Shown one piece after another: positions 26,622 through 35,359 of a stretch of DNA of 64,000 nt. The notes beneath the pieces are model-generated. The model was not told where the DNA came from, searched no databases, and saw nothing but the letters and a program-made list of their open reading frames with translations. How positions within the stretch are numbered: position 1 is the first letter of the stretch; each line of letters begins with the position of its first letter. The DNA lies in assembly GCF_009931435.1 (NCBI RefSeq), contig NZ_CP043414.1; one strand, given 5' to 3'. Both the position numbers and the translations under genes were made by a program. Source of the stretch: Escherichia coli (GTDB taxonomy: Bacteria; Pseudomonadota; Gammaproteobacteria; Enterobacterales; Enterobacteriaceae).

Positions 26622-27213
26622 TAGTATTCTGGCTAAAATCTATTGTCGGGGCTTTACTCACAGCGGCGACATCATCCGGCAAATAATTTTTCTTTGGTGT
26701 GTAATCCATGACTTTTGCGGTTAACACTGCGGGGAATTTGCGGATAGTGACATTATATTGTTCGATGGCTTTAATATATCTTCCTCGCGCAACGGCAATT
26801 CGATTTTCACTTCCTTCGAGCTGTACCATCAAATTTTGATAGAGTTCCTGGGCCTTTAGCTCAGGGTAACGTTCACTAATTATCGTTAACTGACCGAGAG
26901 TGCGAGACACCTGCGCCTGAGCTTGTTGCCAGGTTTGTAATTTTTGTTCATCTCCCGGAGTTTGCTGAAGAGCGTTACTGGCGCGATTAGCCTGACTACG
27001 TGCCAATGTTACGGCTTCCAGTACCTCTTGTTCATGGCTGGAATAACCTTTAATACTGGCGACAAGATTAGGAATAAGATCGGCGCGACGTTGATATTGA
27101 TTTAATACCTCAGACCAGGAAGCGTTAACCTGCTCATCATAGGTTTGAATATCGTTATATCCACAGCCTGATAAATTGAAAATAAATATAATTACGATGA
27201 ATGTTCTGAGCAT
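26611..27213 (-). CDS. lemA: LemA-family lipoprotein
   Basis: 200-aa ORF MLRTFIVIIFIFNLSGCGYNDIQ... with lipobox LSGC and LemA-like coiled region; first gene of a four-gene minus-strand operon. Confidence 0.8.
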   Translation of the reverse strand: MLRTFIVIIFIFNLSGCGYNDIQTYDEQVNASWSEVLNQYQRRADLIPNLVASIKGYSSHEQEVLEAVTLARSQANRASNALQQTPGDEQKLQTWQQAQAQVSRTLGQLTIISERYPELKAQELYQNLMVQLEGSENRIAVARGRYIKAIEQYNVTIRKFPAVLTAKVMDYTPKKNYLPDDVAAVSKAPTIDFSQNTNAH

Positions 27214-27385
27214 GGTTAAATCCCTTTTAATTAATTCCTTAAAACATAATACGCCACTTCATTTTATTCTTTATGATCTAATCCACTTTTTGCCTTAAAC
27301 CTGCCTGTAACAGAATGTTAATAAGGCATGATTGTTGTGGCAGGATCTGCAATAATTAACAATTATCCACTTCACAGAGAATGCT

Positions 27386-28057
27386 ATGCAGTACCCGATT
27401 AACGAGATGTTCCAGACCCTGCAAGGTGAGGGTTACTTTACCGGCGTCCCCGCCATTTTTATTCGTTTACAGGGATGCCCGGTCGGCTGTGCCTGGTGCG
27501 ACACCAAACACACCTGGGAAAAGCTTGAGGATCGGGAAGTCTCCCTTTTCAGCATTCTGGCGAAGACCAAAGAGAGTGATAAGTGGGGGGCGGCGAGCAG
27601 TGAAGATTTGCTGGCTGTCATTGGTCGTCAGGGATACACCGCGCGGCATGTGGTGATTACGGGTGGTGAGCCTTGCATTCATGATTTGCTGCCACTGACT
27701 GACCTGCTCGAAAAGAACGGTTTTAGCTGCCAGATCGAAACCAGCGGTACTCATGAAGTACGCTGCACGCCGAATACCTGGGTTACCGTATCGCCAAAGC
27801 TGAACATGCGCGGCGGCTATGAAGTGTTGTCACAGGCACTGGAGCGAGCCAACGAAATCAAGCATCCAGTGGGACGCGTACGTGATATTGAAGCACTGGA
27901 TGAACTACTGGCAACGCTGACCGATGATAAACCACGAGTCATTGCACTGCAGCCGATTAGCCAAAAGGATGATGCCACACGTTTGTGCATTGAAACCTGC
28001 ATTGCGCGCAACTGGCGTTTGTCGATGCAAACACATAAATATTTAAATATTGCCTGA
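27386..28057 (+). CDS. queE: 7-carboxy-7-deazaguanine synthase (radical SAM)
   Basis: 223-aa ORF MQYPINEMFQTLQGEGYFTGVPAIFIRLQGCPVGCAWCDTKHTW... with CxxxCxxC radical-SAM cluster motif. Confidence 0.93.
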   Translation: MQYPINEMFQTLQGEGYFTGVPAIFIRLQGCPVGCAWCDTKHTWEKLEDREVSLFSILAKTKESDKWGAASSEDLLAVIGRQGYTARHVVITGGEPCIHDLLPLTDLLEKNGFSCQIETSGTHEVRCTPNTWVTVSPKLNMRGGYEVLSQALERANEIKHPVGRVRDIEALDELLATLTDDKPRVIALQPISQKDDATRLCIETCIARNWRLSMQTHKYLNIA

Positions 28058-28226
28058 TTAAACATTTATAAGCGTTATAAATGGGTGGAACCTGTAAAGA
28101 CTTCTGCTCATTTATATTCTTTGTCGCCTCTGAAAAACCTCCATTTTGCCCGTCCTGGACTAATCATTATCATTCTCTACAAATTCTCTGGCGTTAATTT
28201 TTCGCTGGAGTGAAAATTATTGCAGT

Positions 28227-28395
28227 GAAGTTTGGTAGATTTTAGTGGGTATAGAGTTATCTTAAACATTTACCTTTTTAATCAATGGATTAAGTGTTCT
28301 TTAACATAATGGATGTGTTGTTTGTGTGATCCTGTAAAGTTGGTAGATTGTGACTGGCTTAAAAAATCATTAATTAATAATAGGTTATGTTTAGA
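28227..28395 (+). promoter_or_regulatory. CRISPR leader of the queE-proximal array
   Basis: AT-rich; AGTTGGTAGATTGT motif at 28339-28352, 43 bp before repeat 1, and a related TTTGGTAGATTTT at 28231-28243. Confidence 0.7.
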
Positions 28396-29218
28396 GAGTT
28401 CCCCGCGCCAGCGGGGATAAACCGGCGGTAAAATTGTTGCTACCGTCTGGCCCTTGCGAGTTCCCCGCGCCAGCGGGGATAAACCGACGGTGCAGGATCT
28501 GTAATTCTTGCTCGCGATGAGTTCCCCGCGCCAGCGGGGATAAACCGAGTTATCAGGATTATTCCCGCTCCGCCGCCAGGAGTTCCCCGCGCCAGCGGGG
28601 ATAAACCGTCGTTTTTGTGGTGGGAGTGTGCGGATTGGTAGAGTTCCCCGCGCCAGCGGGGATAAACCGGCTGACATTGTCAGCTATAACCTTACAATGT
28701 GGAGTTCCCCGCGCCAGCGGGGATAAACCGACGTCCCGCTATTTCCTGGACAGTGTGTAGCGGAGTTCCCCGCGCCAGCGGGGATAAACCGGCGGCGCTA
28801 ACGTGATAATCACGATCAATTATGAGTTCCCCGCGCCAGCGGGGATAAACCGCGGGCGTTAACCTTTTTATAGGCATCTTCCTTGAGTTCCCCGCGCCAG
28901 CGGGGATAAACCGGCTTGCAGCAGCTGCGCCAACATCTGAATACGGAGTTCCCCGCGCCAGCGGGGATAAACCGCTTTTTCCCGTGACAAGATCCAGTTA
29001 ACTGTTGAGTTCCCCGCGCCAGCGGGGATAAACCGCATCACTGGACGCCCATTTGAATAACTCACAGGAGTTCCCCGCGCCAGCGGGGATAAACCGATTC
29101 AGCAAATAGCGAATTTCATAAATATGATGTGTTCCCCGCGCCAGCGGGGATAAACCGTACGTTAAACGCCATCTGTCATGGGTCGTCATGTGTTCCCCGC
29201 GCCAGCGGGGATAAACCA
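28396..29218 (+). CRISPR. type I-E CRISPR array: 14 repeats, 13 spacers (32-33 bp)
   Basis: 29-bp repeat GAGTTCCCCGCGCCAGCGGGGATAAACCG at 28396, 28458, 28519, 28580, 28641, 28702, 28763, 28824, 28885, 28946, 29007, 29068; last two repeats (29129, 29190) are GTGTT variants and the final one ends ...AAACCA. Confidence 0.97.
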
Positions 29219-29671
29219 CCATATAACCCGTTATCTCTTTCTCAAGTTTTTATATTAGCTGTACTTGTAATAAGCAACATATCCACATAACACCTCATGT
29301 TCAAAATAGTTCCCCATGCCAGATAAGTTCACAATTATCGATACAAAAAATCAAATTTAATCAAAGTGTTATATGTATAATCCTTAAACCGTTAAGAAAT
29401 TTTAATATATTATTTTTTTAATATTAATTAATGCCTGTTAATTTTTTCTTTAGAATAACAGTGTATTTTTTAAGCTTGTTATTCATTGATTAAGTAATAA
29501 ATCTGGAAGTTTGTCTTTGTTTTGAGGCTAATGAGTGGTTTTACATAACCGCCTCTATACGCTGTTGATGAATAGTTCTTATGAATAAAGATATCCAGTT
29601 CATACTTTAAGTGAAAATTGATAAAGTGCGATTCGTATTGTCTTTTATTCTAAAGACATCGAGTGTAGTTA

Positions 29672-29809
29672 ATATTCCTTGTAAAAACAGGGATAAACCG
29701 AACTAGTTAAAGTTTTTATTATGTTCCCTGCATCAGCGGGGATAAACCGGACTTGTTATCATTTTTTAAGTTGTCGAACTTATGTTCCCCGCGCCAGCGG
29801 GGATAACCA
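29672..29809 (+). CRISPR. degenerate mini-array remnant (about 3 decayed repeats, one clear 32-bp spacer)
   Basis: TTCCTTGTAAAAACAGGGATAAACCG (ends 29700), ATGTTCCCTGCATCAGCGGGGATAAACCG (29721-29749), 32-bp spacer 29750-29781, ATGTTCCCCGCGCCAGCGGGGATAACC (29782-29808). Confidence 0.75.
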
Positions 29810-29855
29810 TTCAGGTATGTTCAGGCCGGGCAGTTTCCCGCCCGGCCTTCCTCAC

Positions 29856-31334
29856 TTACGCATTCGACCAGCTCTGGATCGAATCTGCATTCCCCAACTC
29901 ACCATGCATCACTTCATACGATTTTTTCAGGATCACATCAGTGTGTTTGGTTAGGTCTTTGAAAATGCCTTTATTCATCGCGTCGTAGCGTTTGGCATTG
30001 CTCTCAATCGGCATAAAGATATCTTTCACGCGAACCATTTTGTCGACAGCCGTTGCGTAATCCGGGTATAGCCCCAGACCTATCGCTGTATTAATCGCGG
30101 CCCCCAGACTTGCGCAACCGTTAATGGCGTTACGGCGTGCCGGAAGGTTGAACACGTCGGCAAAAATCTGCATAAACAGATCGCTGTTCGAACCACCGCC
30201 AGTAATGATCACATGTTTCGCAAAGTGATTCATTTCATGACACATATTGTCGTAATTGTTCTTCAGCGTCAGCGCCACGCTTTCCAGTATCGAACGATAA
30301 ATCCATGCGTAATCCATGCTGGAATCAAAGCCGATCATAATTCCGCGTTTGTACGGTTCCCACGGATTGGTCAGCCAGTCCAGCACCGTCATCAGACCAT
30401 TACAGCCAGGCGGCACACAACAAGCTTTTTTGTTGAGCAAATCTTCCGGTGAAAGATCCTGCGCCCTGGCATCCTGAATTAACGATTCGCCTAGCATGTC
30501 GCGCAGCCAACTCACCGTCCACATACCTTTTCGAATACCATAACCTTCATACAGCAAGGTTTCCGGAATAGAAGACATGATCGGCCAGTACGCAACCGGA
30601 TCTTTCGGCAGTGCTTTGCCGTTCATCATCAACGCGATGTAGGTACCAAGAGAAATTACCGCCGTTTCATCATCCAGTAACCCTGCTCCCAGTGCTTCTA
30701 CCGGTTTATCACTGGTGGTACAAACAACGGGCAGTCCAACCGGGAAATGTGTCGCCAGCGCGGCTTGTGGTGTGATATGCCCAAGTACAGTGCCCGGCAT
30801 TTGCACATCAAAAAGCATCTGTCGGGGAATATTAAACTTCTCCATTACCGCGGTATCTTCGCTCCATGCCCAGGTCTTATAATCCACCGGCCACTGACCA
30901 AAATAGTTGGCGATATTGTCTTTAAACTCGCCGGTTAAACGGTGTGTCAGATAACCTGAAAAAGAGGTGACATATGCCACATCAGGATTGATGTGCTCGT
31001 AGGGACGTGTTACGCGTGCATCCTGCCAGCTAATCAACGGCGCAGCTGGCGTGCCATCGGCTTTCAATAACGCACGGCAGCAACGGATAGATCCCAGACC
31101 AATGCCGACAATATCTTCTTTATTCCCGGCAAACTGGCTCATCAAATCGTGACCAGCAAAACATAATGATGCCCATAAATCATCGTCAGGATGTTCTGCG
31201 GTATCGGCATCTGGAGTGTGCATCGGTTGTAATAAGCCTTTGCCTTCGCAAACCACGTTACCTTCCAGATCGTACATCACCACTTTTGTGCTCTGACTTC
31301 CGCCATCAATCCCTATGATGTATTTTTTCGACAT
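29856..31334 (-). CDS. ygcE: FGGY-family sugar (pentulose/hexulose-type) kinase
   Basis: 492-aa ORF MSKKYIIGIDGGSQSTKVVMYDLEGNVV... (FGGY N-terminal signature). Confidence 0.88.
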   Translation of the reverse strand: MSKKYIIGIDGGSQSTKVVMYDLEGNVVCEGKGLLQPMHTPDADTAEHPDDDLWASLCFAGHDLMSQFAGNKEDIVGIGLGSIRCCRALLKADGTPAAPLISWQDARVTRPYEHINPDVAYVTSFSGYLTHRLTGEFKDNIANYFGQWPVDYKTWAWSEDTAVMEKFNIPRQMLFDVQMPGTVLGHITPQAALATHFPVGLPVVCTTSDKPVEALGAGLLDDETAVISLGTYIALMMNGKALPKDPVAYWPIMSSIPETLLYEGYGIRKGMWTVSWLRDMLGESLIQDARAQDLSPEDLLNKKACCVPPGCNGLMTVLDWLTNPWEPYKRGIMIGFDSSMDYAWIYRSILESVALTLKNNYDNMCHEMNHFAKHVIITGGGSNSDLFMQIFADVFNLPARRNAINGCASLGAAINTAIGLGLYPDYATAVDKMVRVKDIFMPIESNAKRYDAMNKGIFKDLTKHTDVILKKSYEVMHGELGNADSIQSWSNA

Positions 31335-31360
31335 GATTTTTCTCCTGTAATTTTCCTGGC

Positions 31361-32638
31361 TTACTTGCTGCTAGCCATTGCGGGGGCGCTATCAGCAGTA
31401 CGAATTTTTTGGAACAGCAAAAAGGTAAAGACGATCACCATGGCAAGCGCCGCCATGCCCATCAGCCACATATTGCGGTAGGCTTCTGCTGCGGGCAGGG
31501 TGTCTTGCCAGTGGCCGATAATTGGGTAAACGAAGACATCCGGCAGAAATCCAATCACCGAACAAATACCTACCGTGGTGCCCATAATGTAAGACGGTGT
31601 TCTCGCTTCGCCAGGGCAGGCCCAGTACAGCCCGCGTGAGGCGTAACAGGTGAATCCCAGAAGTAAAATCAGACCAATCCCCATCGCGACCGATTGCGGG
31701 TTAGAGTTCGTGATGAGCAGGGCAGTTAACGCCAGCAGGCCGAGTACGGAAAGGATTTGGATCACGCGGGTAGGGGATTTCACTTTGCTGTAGGTGGTGA
31801 TAATGCCACCAAGTGGGCCGCACAGTGCGCGGAAGATTTTGTTGATCACAATCCCCATGTAGCTCGCCGCCACCAGCGACATGCCGTACATTTCGGTCAG
31901 ATAGTTGGTGGAGTAACTCAGAATGGCGTAGATGGTGAAGACGCCAAAAATCACCATGCTGCAGTACCATGTGGTGCTGATACGCAAAACGGCAAGGATG
32001 TCGCTAAGCTGGAATGACTGTTTTTCTTCGGTGTTGGTATTGCACAGGTTGTTGTTATCGCTAACAAAAAACCAGCACAGAATCCCCAACAAGATGTAAA
32101 CCACACTATAGATGATAATGACCGTTTTCAGGCTGGCGCTGTCATCCGGTGCAAAGCGAGAAAAGACCCACATGGTAAACACCGCCAGCGACATTACACC
32201 GACGCCGCGCAGCCCTTCCATCCAGCCCATAATTTTCCCTTGCTCGCTATGATCGCCAAGCAACGATGCGGCTTTAATCGACACCGACCACAGCATTAAA
32301 ATCGTCGTTATCGCAAAGGCGACCTGAATACAGAGCATTACCCACAGCGGTGGATACGTTGCCATTAACAGACCCAGCAATCCGGTAATGATCATCGCGG
32401 AAGTAATCATTTTGCGATGCGAAAATTTATCGGCAATAACGCCGCTGGGGGCATAAAGAATAATAGCCGCAATACCAAAGGTACTCATTATTAAACCTAT
32501 CTCGGTATTGCTGAATCCCATAAATTTCGCCATGGGAATTTGATAAATATAACGTAAATAAGCCAGATCAAAACTAACGCCGCCACTAAAACTAATTATC
32601 GCTAGGGTTATCCAACGGCGATATGAGTTGTGTTGCAT
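31361..32638 (-). CDS. yqcE: MFS transporter
   Basis: 425-aa ORF MQHNSYRRWITLAIISFSGGVSFDLAYLRYIYQ..., polytopic. Confidence 0.85.
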   Translation of the reverse strand: MQHNSYRRWITLAIISFSGGVSFDLAYLRYIYQIPMAKFMGFSNTEIGLIMSTFGIAAIILYAPSGVIADKFSHRKMITSAMIITGLLGLLMATYPPLWVMLCIQVAFAITTILMLWSVSIKAASLLGDHSEQGKIMGWMEGLRGVGVMSLAVFTMWVFSRFAPDDSASLKTVIIIYSVVYILLGILCWFFVSDNNNLCNTNTEEKQSFQLSDILAVLRISTTWYCSMVIFGVFTIYAILSYSTNYLTEMYGMSLVAASYMGIVINKIFRALCGPLGGIITTYSKVKSPTRVIQILSVLGLLALTALLITNSNPQSVAMGIGLILLLGFTCYASRGLYWACPGEARTPSYIMGTTVGICSVIGFLPDVFVYPIIGHWQDTLPAAEAYRNMWLMGMAALAMVIVFTFLLFQKIRTADSAPAMASSK

Positions 32639-32662
32639 ATCGTATTCCCATTTGTAATAGAC

Positions 32663-32710
32663 AAAAAAAAGAGAAAAGTAAGCCGCCCTTTCAGGTGGAT
32701 TACTTTTCTC
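32663..32710 (-). terminator. intrinsic-terminator-like hairpin in the yqcE 5' leader (minus-strand sense)
   Basis: On the minus strand: 11-bp perfect stem GAGAAAAGTAA / TTACTTTTCTC (plus 32671-32710) followed by U8 (plus 32663-32670), ending about 25 nt upstream of the yqcE ATG. Confidence 0.6.
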
Positions 32711-32885
32711 AGGTCTCTAGTAATTGCAATAAGAAATAACATGGAAAGCAGGGGGGTTGTGTGAGAGTAGTCACGCTTCTGCTTTTTAAAATTATTTGAT
32801 AATACGAATATCACACTGTGATTACGATCACATTAGCGCTTATGCCCTTATGCTAAAAATTATCTCCAGTTACCAGAGATAATGA

Positions 32886-32932
32886 GAAAGGTAACTTCCC
32901 TCTCGCGGGGGAAGTTACCTTTCTTTTTTTTT
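32886..32932 (+). terminator. canonical intrinsic terminator hairpin in the ygcW 5' leader
   Basis: 15-bp perfect stem GAAAGGTAACTTCCC / GGGAAGTTACCTTTC with 8-nt loop, followed by T9 (32924-32932); ends 24 nt before the ygcW ATG. Confidence 0.7.
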
Positions 32933-32956
32933 GCCTTACGGAAATTGGAGCTAACT

Positions 32957-33742
32957 ATGTCAATCGAATCTCTCAATGCGTTCTCAATGGATCTTTTCTC
33001 CCTGAAAGGTAAAACCGCAATTGTTACCGGCGGGAATAGCGGTTTAGGCCAGGCATTTGCCATGGCGCTGGCAAAAGCAGGCGCAAATATCTTTATTCCA
33101 AGTTTCGTTAAAGATAATGGCGAAACAAAGGAAATGATTGAAAAACAGGGTGTTGAGGTGGACTTCATGCAGGTGGATATCACCGCAGAAGGCGCGCCGC
33201 AGAAGATAATTACCGCCTGTTGTGAACGTTTCGGCACCGTCGATATTCTGGTTAACAATGCCGGTATATGTAAGCTGAATAAGGTGCTGGATTTCGGTCG
33301 TGCCGACTGGGACCCGATGATTGACGTGAACCTGACCGCCGCATTCGAGTTAAGCTATGAAGCGGCAAAAATTATGATCCCGCAGAAAAGCGGTAAAATC
33401 ATTAATATCTGTTCATTATTCTCTTACTTAGGTGGTCAATGGTCACCTGCTTATTCTGCCACTAAACACGCCCTTGCCGGATTTACCAAAGCCTATTGCG
33501 ATGAATTAGGTCAATATAATATTCAGGTAAATGGTATTGCCCCAGGATATTACGCTACCGATATCACCCTGGCGACACGCAGTAATCCAGAAACCAATCA
33601 GCGCGTTCTTGATCATATTCCAGCAAACCGTTGGGGCGATACTCAGGATTTAATGGGCGCAGCCATATTTCTCGCAAGTCCGGCATCGAATTATGTCAAC
33701 GGGCATTTATTAGTGGTTGATGGCGGTTATTTAGTGCGCTAA
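32957..33742 (+). CDS. ygcW: short-chain dehydrogenase/reductase (KduD/FabG-like)
   Basis: ORF track starts 32882; the ATG at 32957 with GGAG RBS gives MSIESLNAFSMDLFSLKGKTAIVTGGNSGLGQA... (TGxxxGxG NAD-binding motif), 261 aa. Confidence 0.88.
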   Translation: MSIESLNAFSMDLFSLKGKTAIVTGGNSGLGQAFAMALAKAGANIFIPSFVKDNGETKEMIEKQGVEVDFMQVDITAEGAPQKIITACCERFGTVDILVNNAGICKLNKVLDFGRADWDPMIDVNLTAAFELSYEAAKIMIPQKSGKIINICSLFSYLGGQWSPAYSATKHALAGFTKAYCDELGQYNIQVNGIAPGYYATDITLATRSNPETNQRVLDHIPANRWGDTQDLMGAAIFLASPASNYVNGHLLVVDGGYLVR

Positions 33743-33811
33743 TCCATAACGGTGGTTTCTGATTTCTTTTATTAATGACTATTCCATTTTTATTATCAGG
33801 AAGGAATTACT

Positions 33812-35266
33812 ATGTCTTTATCTCGCGCAGCGATTGTCGACCAGCTAAAGGAAATTGTTGGTGCAGATCGCGTAATTACCGATGAAACGGTATTGAAGAA
33901 AAACAGTATTGATCGTTTTCGTAAATTTCCGGATATTCATGGTATTTATACTTTGCCTATTCCGGCAGCGGTCGTAAAACTCGGTTCCACTGAGCAAGTG
34001 TCCCGTGTGCTGAATTTTATGAATGCACACAAAATTAACGGCGTACCACGTACCGGTGCTTCCGCTACCGAAGGCGGGCTGGAAACCGTTGTGGAAAACT
34101 CGGTGGTGCTTGATGGCTCTGCAATGAATCAAATCATTAATATTGATATAGAGAATATGCAGGCGACGGCGCAATGTGGCGTTCCGCTGGAAGTGCTGGA
34201 AAACGCGTTGCGTGAAAAAGGTTACACCACGGGGCACTCTCCGCAGTCAAAACCGTTGGCACAGATGGGGGGACTGGTGGCGACCCGTAGTATCGGGCAG
34301 TTCTCCACACTCTACGGCGCAATCGAGGATATGGTCGTTGGCCTGGAAGCAGTACTGGCTGATGGCACCGTGACACGCATTAAAAACGTGCCACGACGCG
34401 CGGCGGGTCCGGACATTCGTCACATCATCATCGGCAACGAAGGCGCATTGTGCTATATCACTGAAGTTACTGTGAAAATCTTTAAATTCACCCCGGAAAA
34501 CAACCTCTTCTACGGCTATATCCTGGAAGACATGAAAACCGGCTTCAACATCCTGCGTGAAATCATGGTGGAAGGATATCGTCCGTCGATCGCTCGTTTG
34601 TATGACGCTGAAGATGGCACCCAACACTTCACCCATTTTGCCGACGGAAAATGCGTGCTGATCTTTATGGCTGAAGGTAACCCTCGCATTGCGAAGGCGA
34701 CGGGCGAAGGGATTGCTGAAATCGTGGCACGTTACCCGCAATGCCAGCGCGTGGACAGCAAGCTGATCGAAACCTGGTTTAACAACCTGAACTGGGGACC
34801 GGATAAAGTGGCTGCCGAACGTGTGCAGATCCTCAAAACCGGCAACATGGGCTTTACCACCGAAGTCTCCGGCTGCTGGAGCTGCATCCACGAAATCTAC
34901 GAAAGTGTTATTAACCGTATTCGTACCGAGTTCCCACATGCCGACGACATCACTATGCTGGGCGGTCACTCTTCCCACAGCTATCAGAACGGCACCAACA
35001 TGTATTTTGTCTACGACTACAACGTTGTTGACTGTAAGCCGGAAGAGGAAATCGACAAATACCACAATCCGCTCAACAAAATCATCTGCGAAGAAACCAT
35101 TCGCCTCGGCGGTTCGATGGTACACCATCACGGTATCGGTAAACATCGTGTTCACTGGAGCAAACTGGAACACGGCAGCGCGTGGGCGTTGCTGGAAGGG
35201 CTGAAAAAGCAGTTCGATCCTAACGGCATTATGAATACGGGTACTATCTATCCGATTGAAAAATAA
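33812..35266 (+). CDS. ygcU: FAD-linked oxidase (alkyl-DHAP synthase / D-lactate dehydrogenase-like)
   Basis: 484-aa ORF MSLSRAAIVDQLKEIVGADRVITDETVLKKNSIDRF..., FAD-binding PCMH-type domain. Confidence 0.88.
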   Translation: MSLSRAAIVDQLKEIVGADRVITDETVLKKNSIDRFRKFPDIHGIYTLPIPAAVVKLGSTEQVSRVLNFMNAHKINGVPRTGASATEGGLETVVENSVVLDGSAMNQIINIDIENMQATAQCGVPLEVLENALREKGYTTGHSPQSKPLAQMGGLVATRSIGQFSTLYGAIEDMVVGLEAVLADGTVTRIKNVPRRAAGPDIRHIIIGNEGALCYITEVTVKIFKFTPENNLFYGYILEDMKTGFNILREIMVEGYRPSIARLYDAEDGTQHFTHFADGKCVLIFMAEGNPRIAKATGEGIAEIVARYPQCQRVDSKLIETWFNNLNWGPDKVAAERVQILKTGNMGFTTEVSGCWSCIHEIYESVINRIRTEFPHADDITMLGGHSSHSYQNGTNMYFVYDYNVVDCKPEEEIDKYHNPLNKIICEETIRLGGSMVHHHGIGKHRVHWSKLEHGSAWALLEGLKKQFDPNGIMNTGTIYPIEK

Positions 35267-35359
35267 TGTGTCAGGTAGCGTTTCGCGATGACGGGACGTT
35301 GCCTTTTCGGCTTCTCAACCGGGAAGCCGTTCTTATTACCGGACAATGAAGGGGTAAAG

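Noticed and set aside
23627-27213. Idea that the lemA-TPM cluster is a phage-defence system because it sits near a CRISPR array
   Set aside because: No sequence evidence for nuclease, ATPase or other defence-associated domains; proximity alone is insufficient, so it is reported only as an uncharacterised variable operon
28282-29222. Several short minus-strand ORFs with recurring YPRWRGEL / FIPAGAGN peptides (also at 55268..56018)
   Set aside because: Artefacts of translating the CRISPR repeat on the opposite strand; the periodic identical peptides follow the 61-bp repeat period
32882-32956. Upstream extension of ygcW (MRKVTSLSRGKLPFFFFALRKLEL)
   Set aside because: This stretch is the terminator hairpin and T-run read as codons (poly-Phe from T9); the downstream ATG with GGAG RBS gives the proper SDR N-terminus
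34247-35173. 308-aa minus-strand ORF
   Set aside because: Antisense to ygcU; shadow ORF
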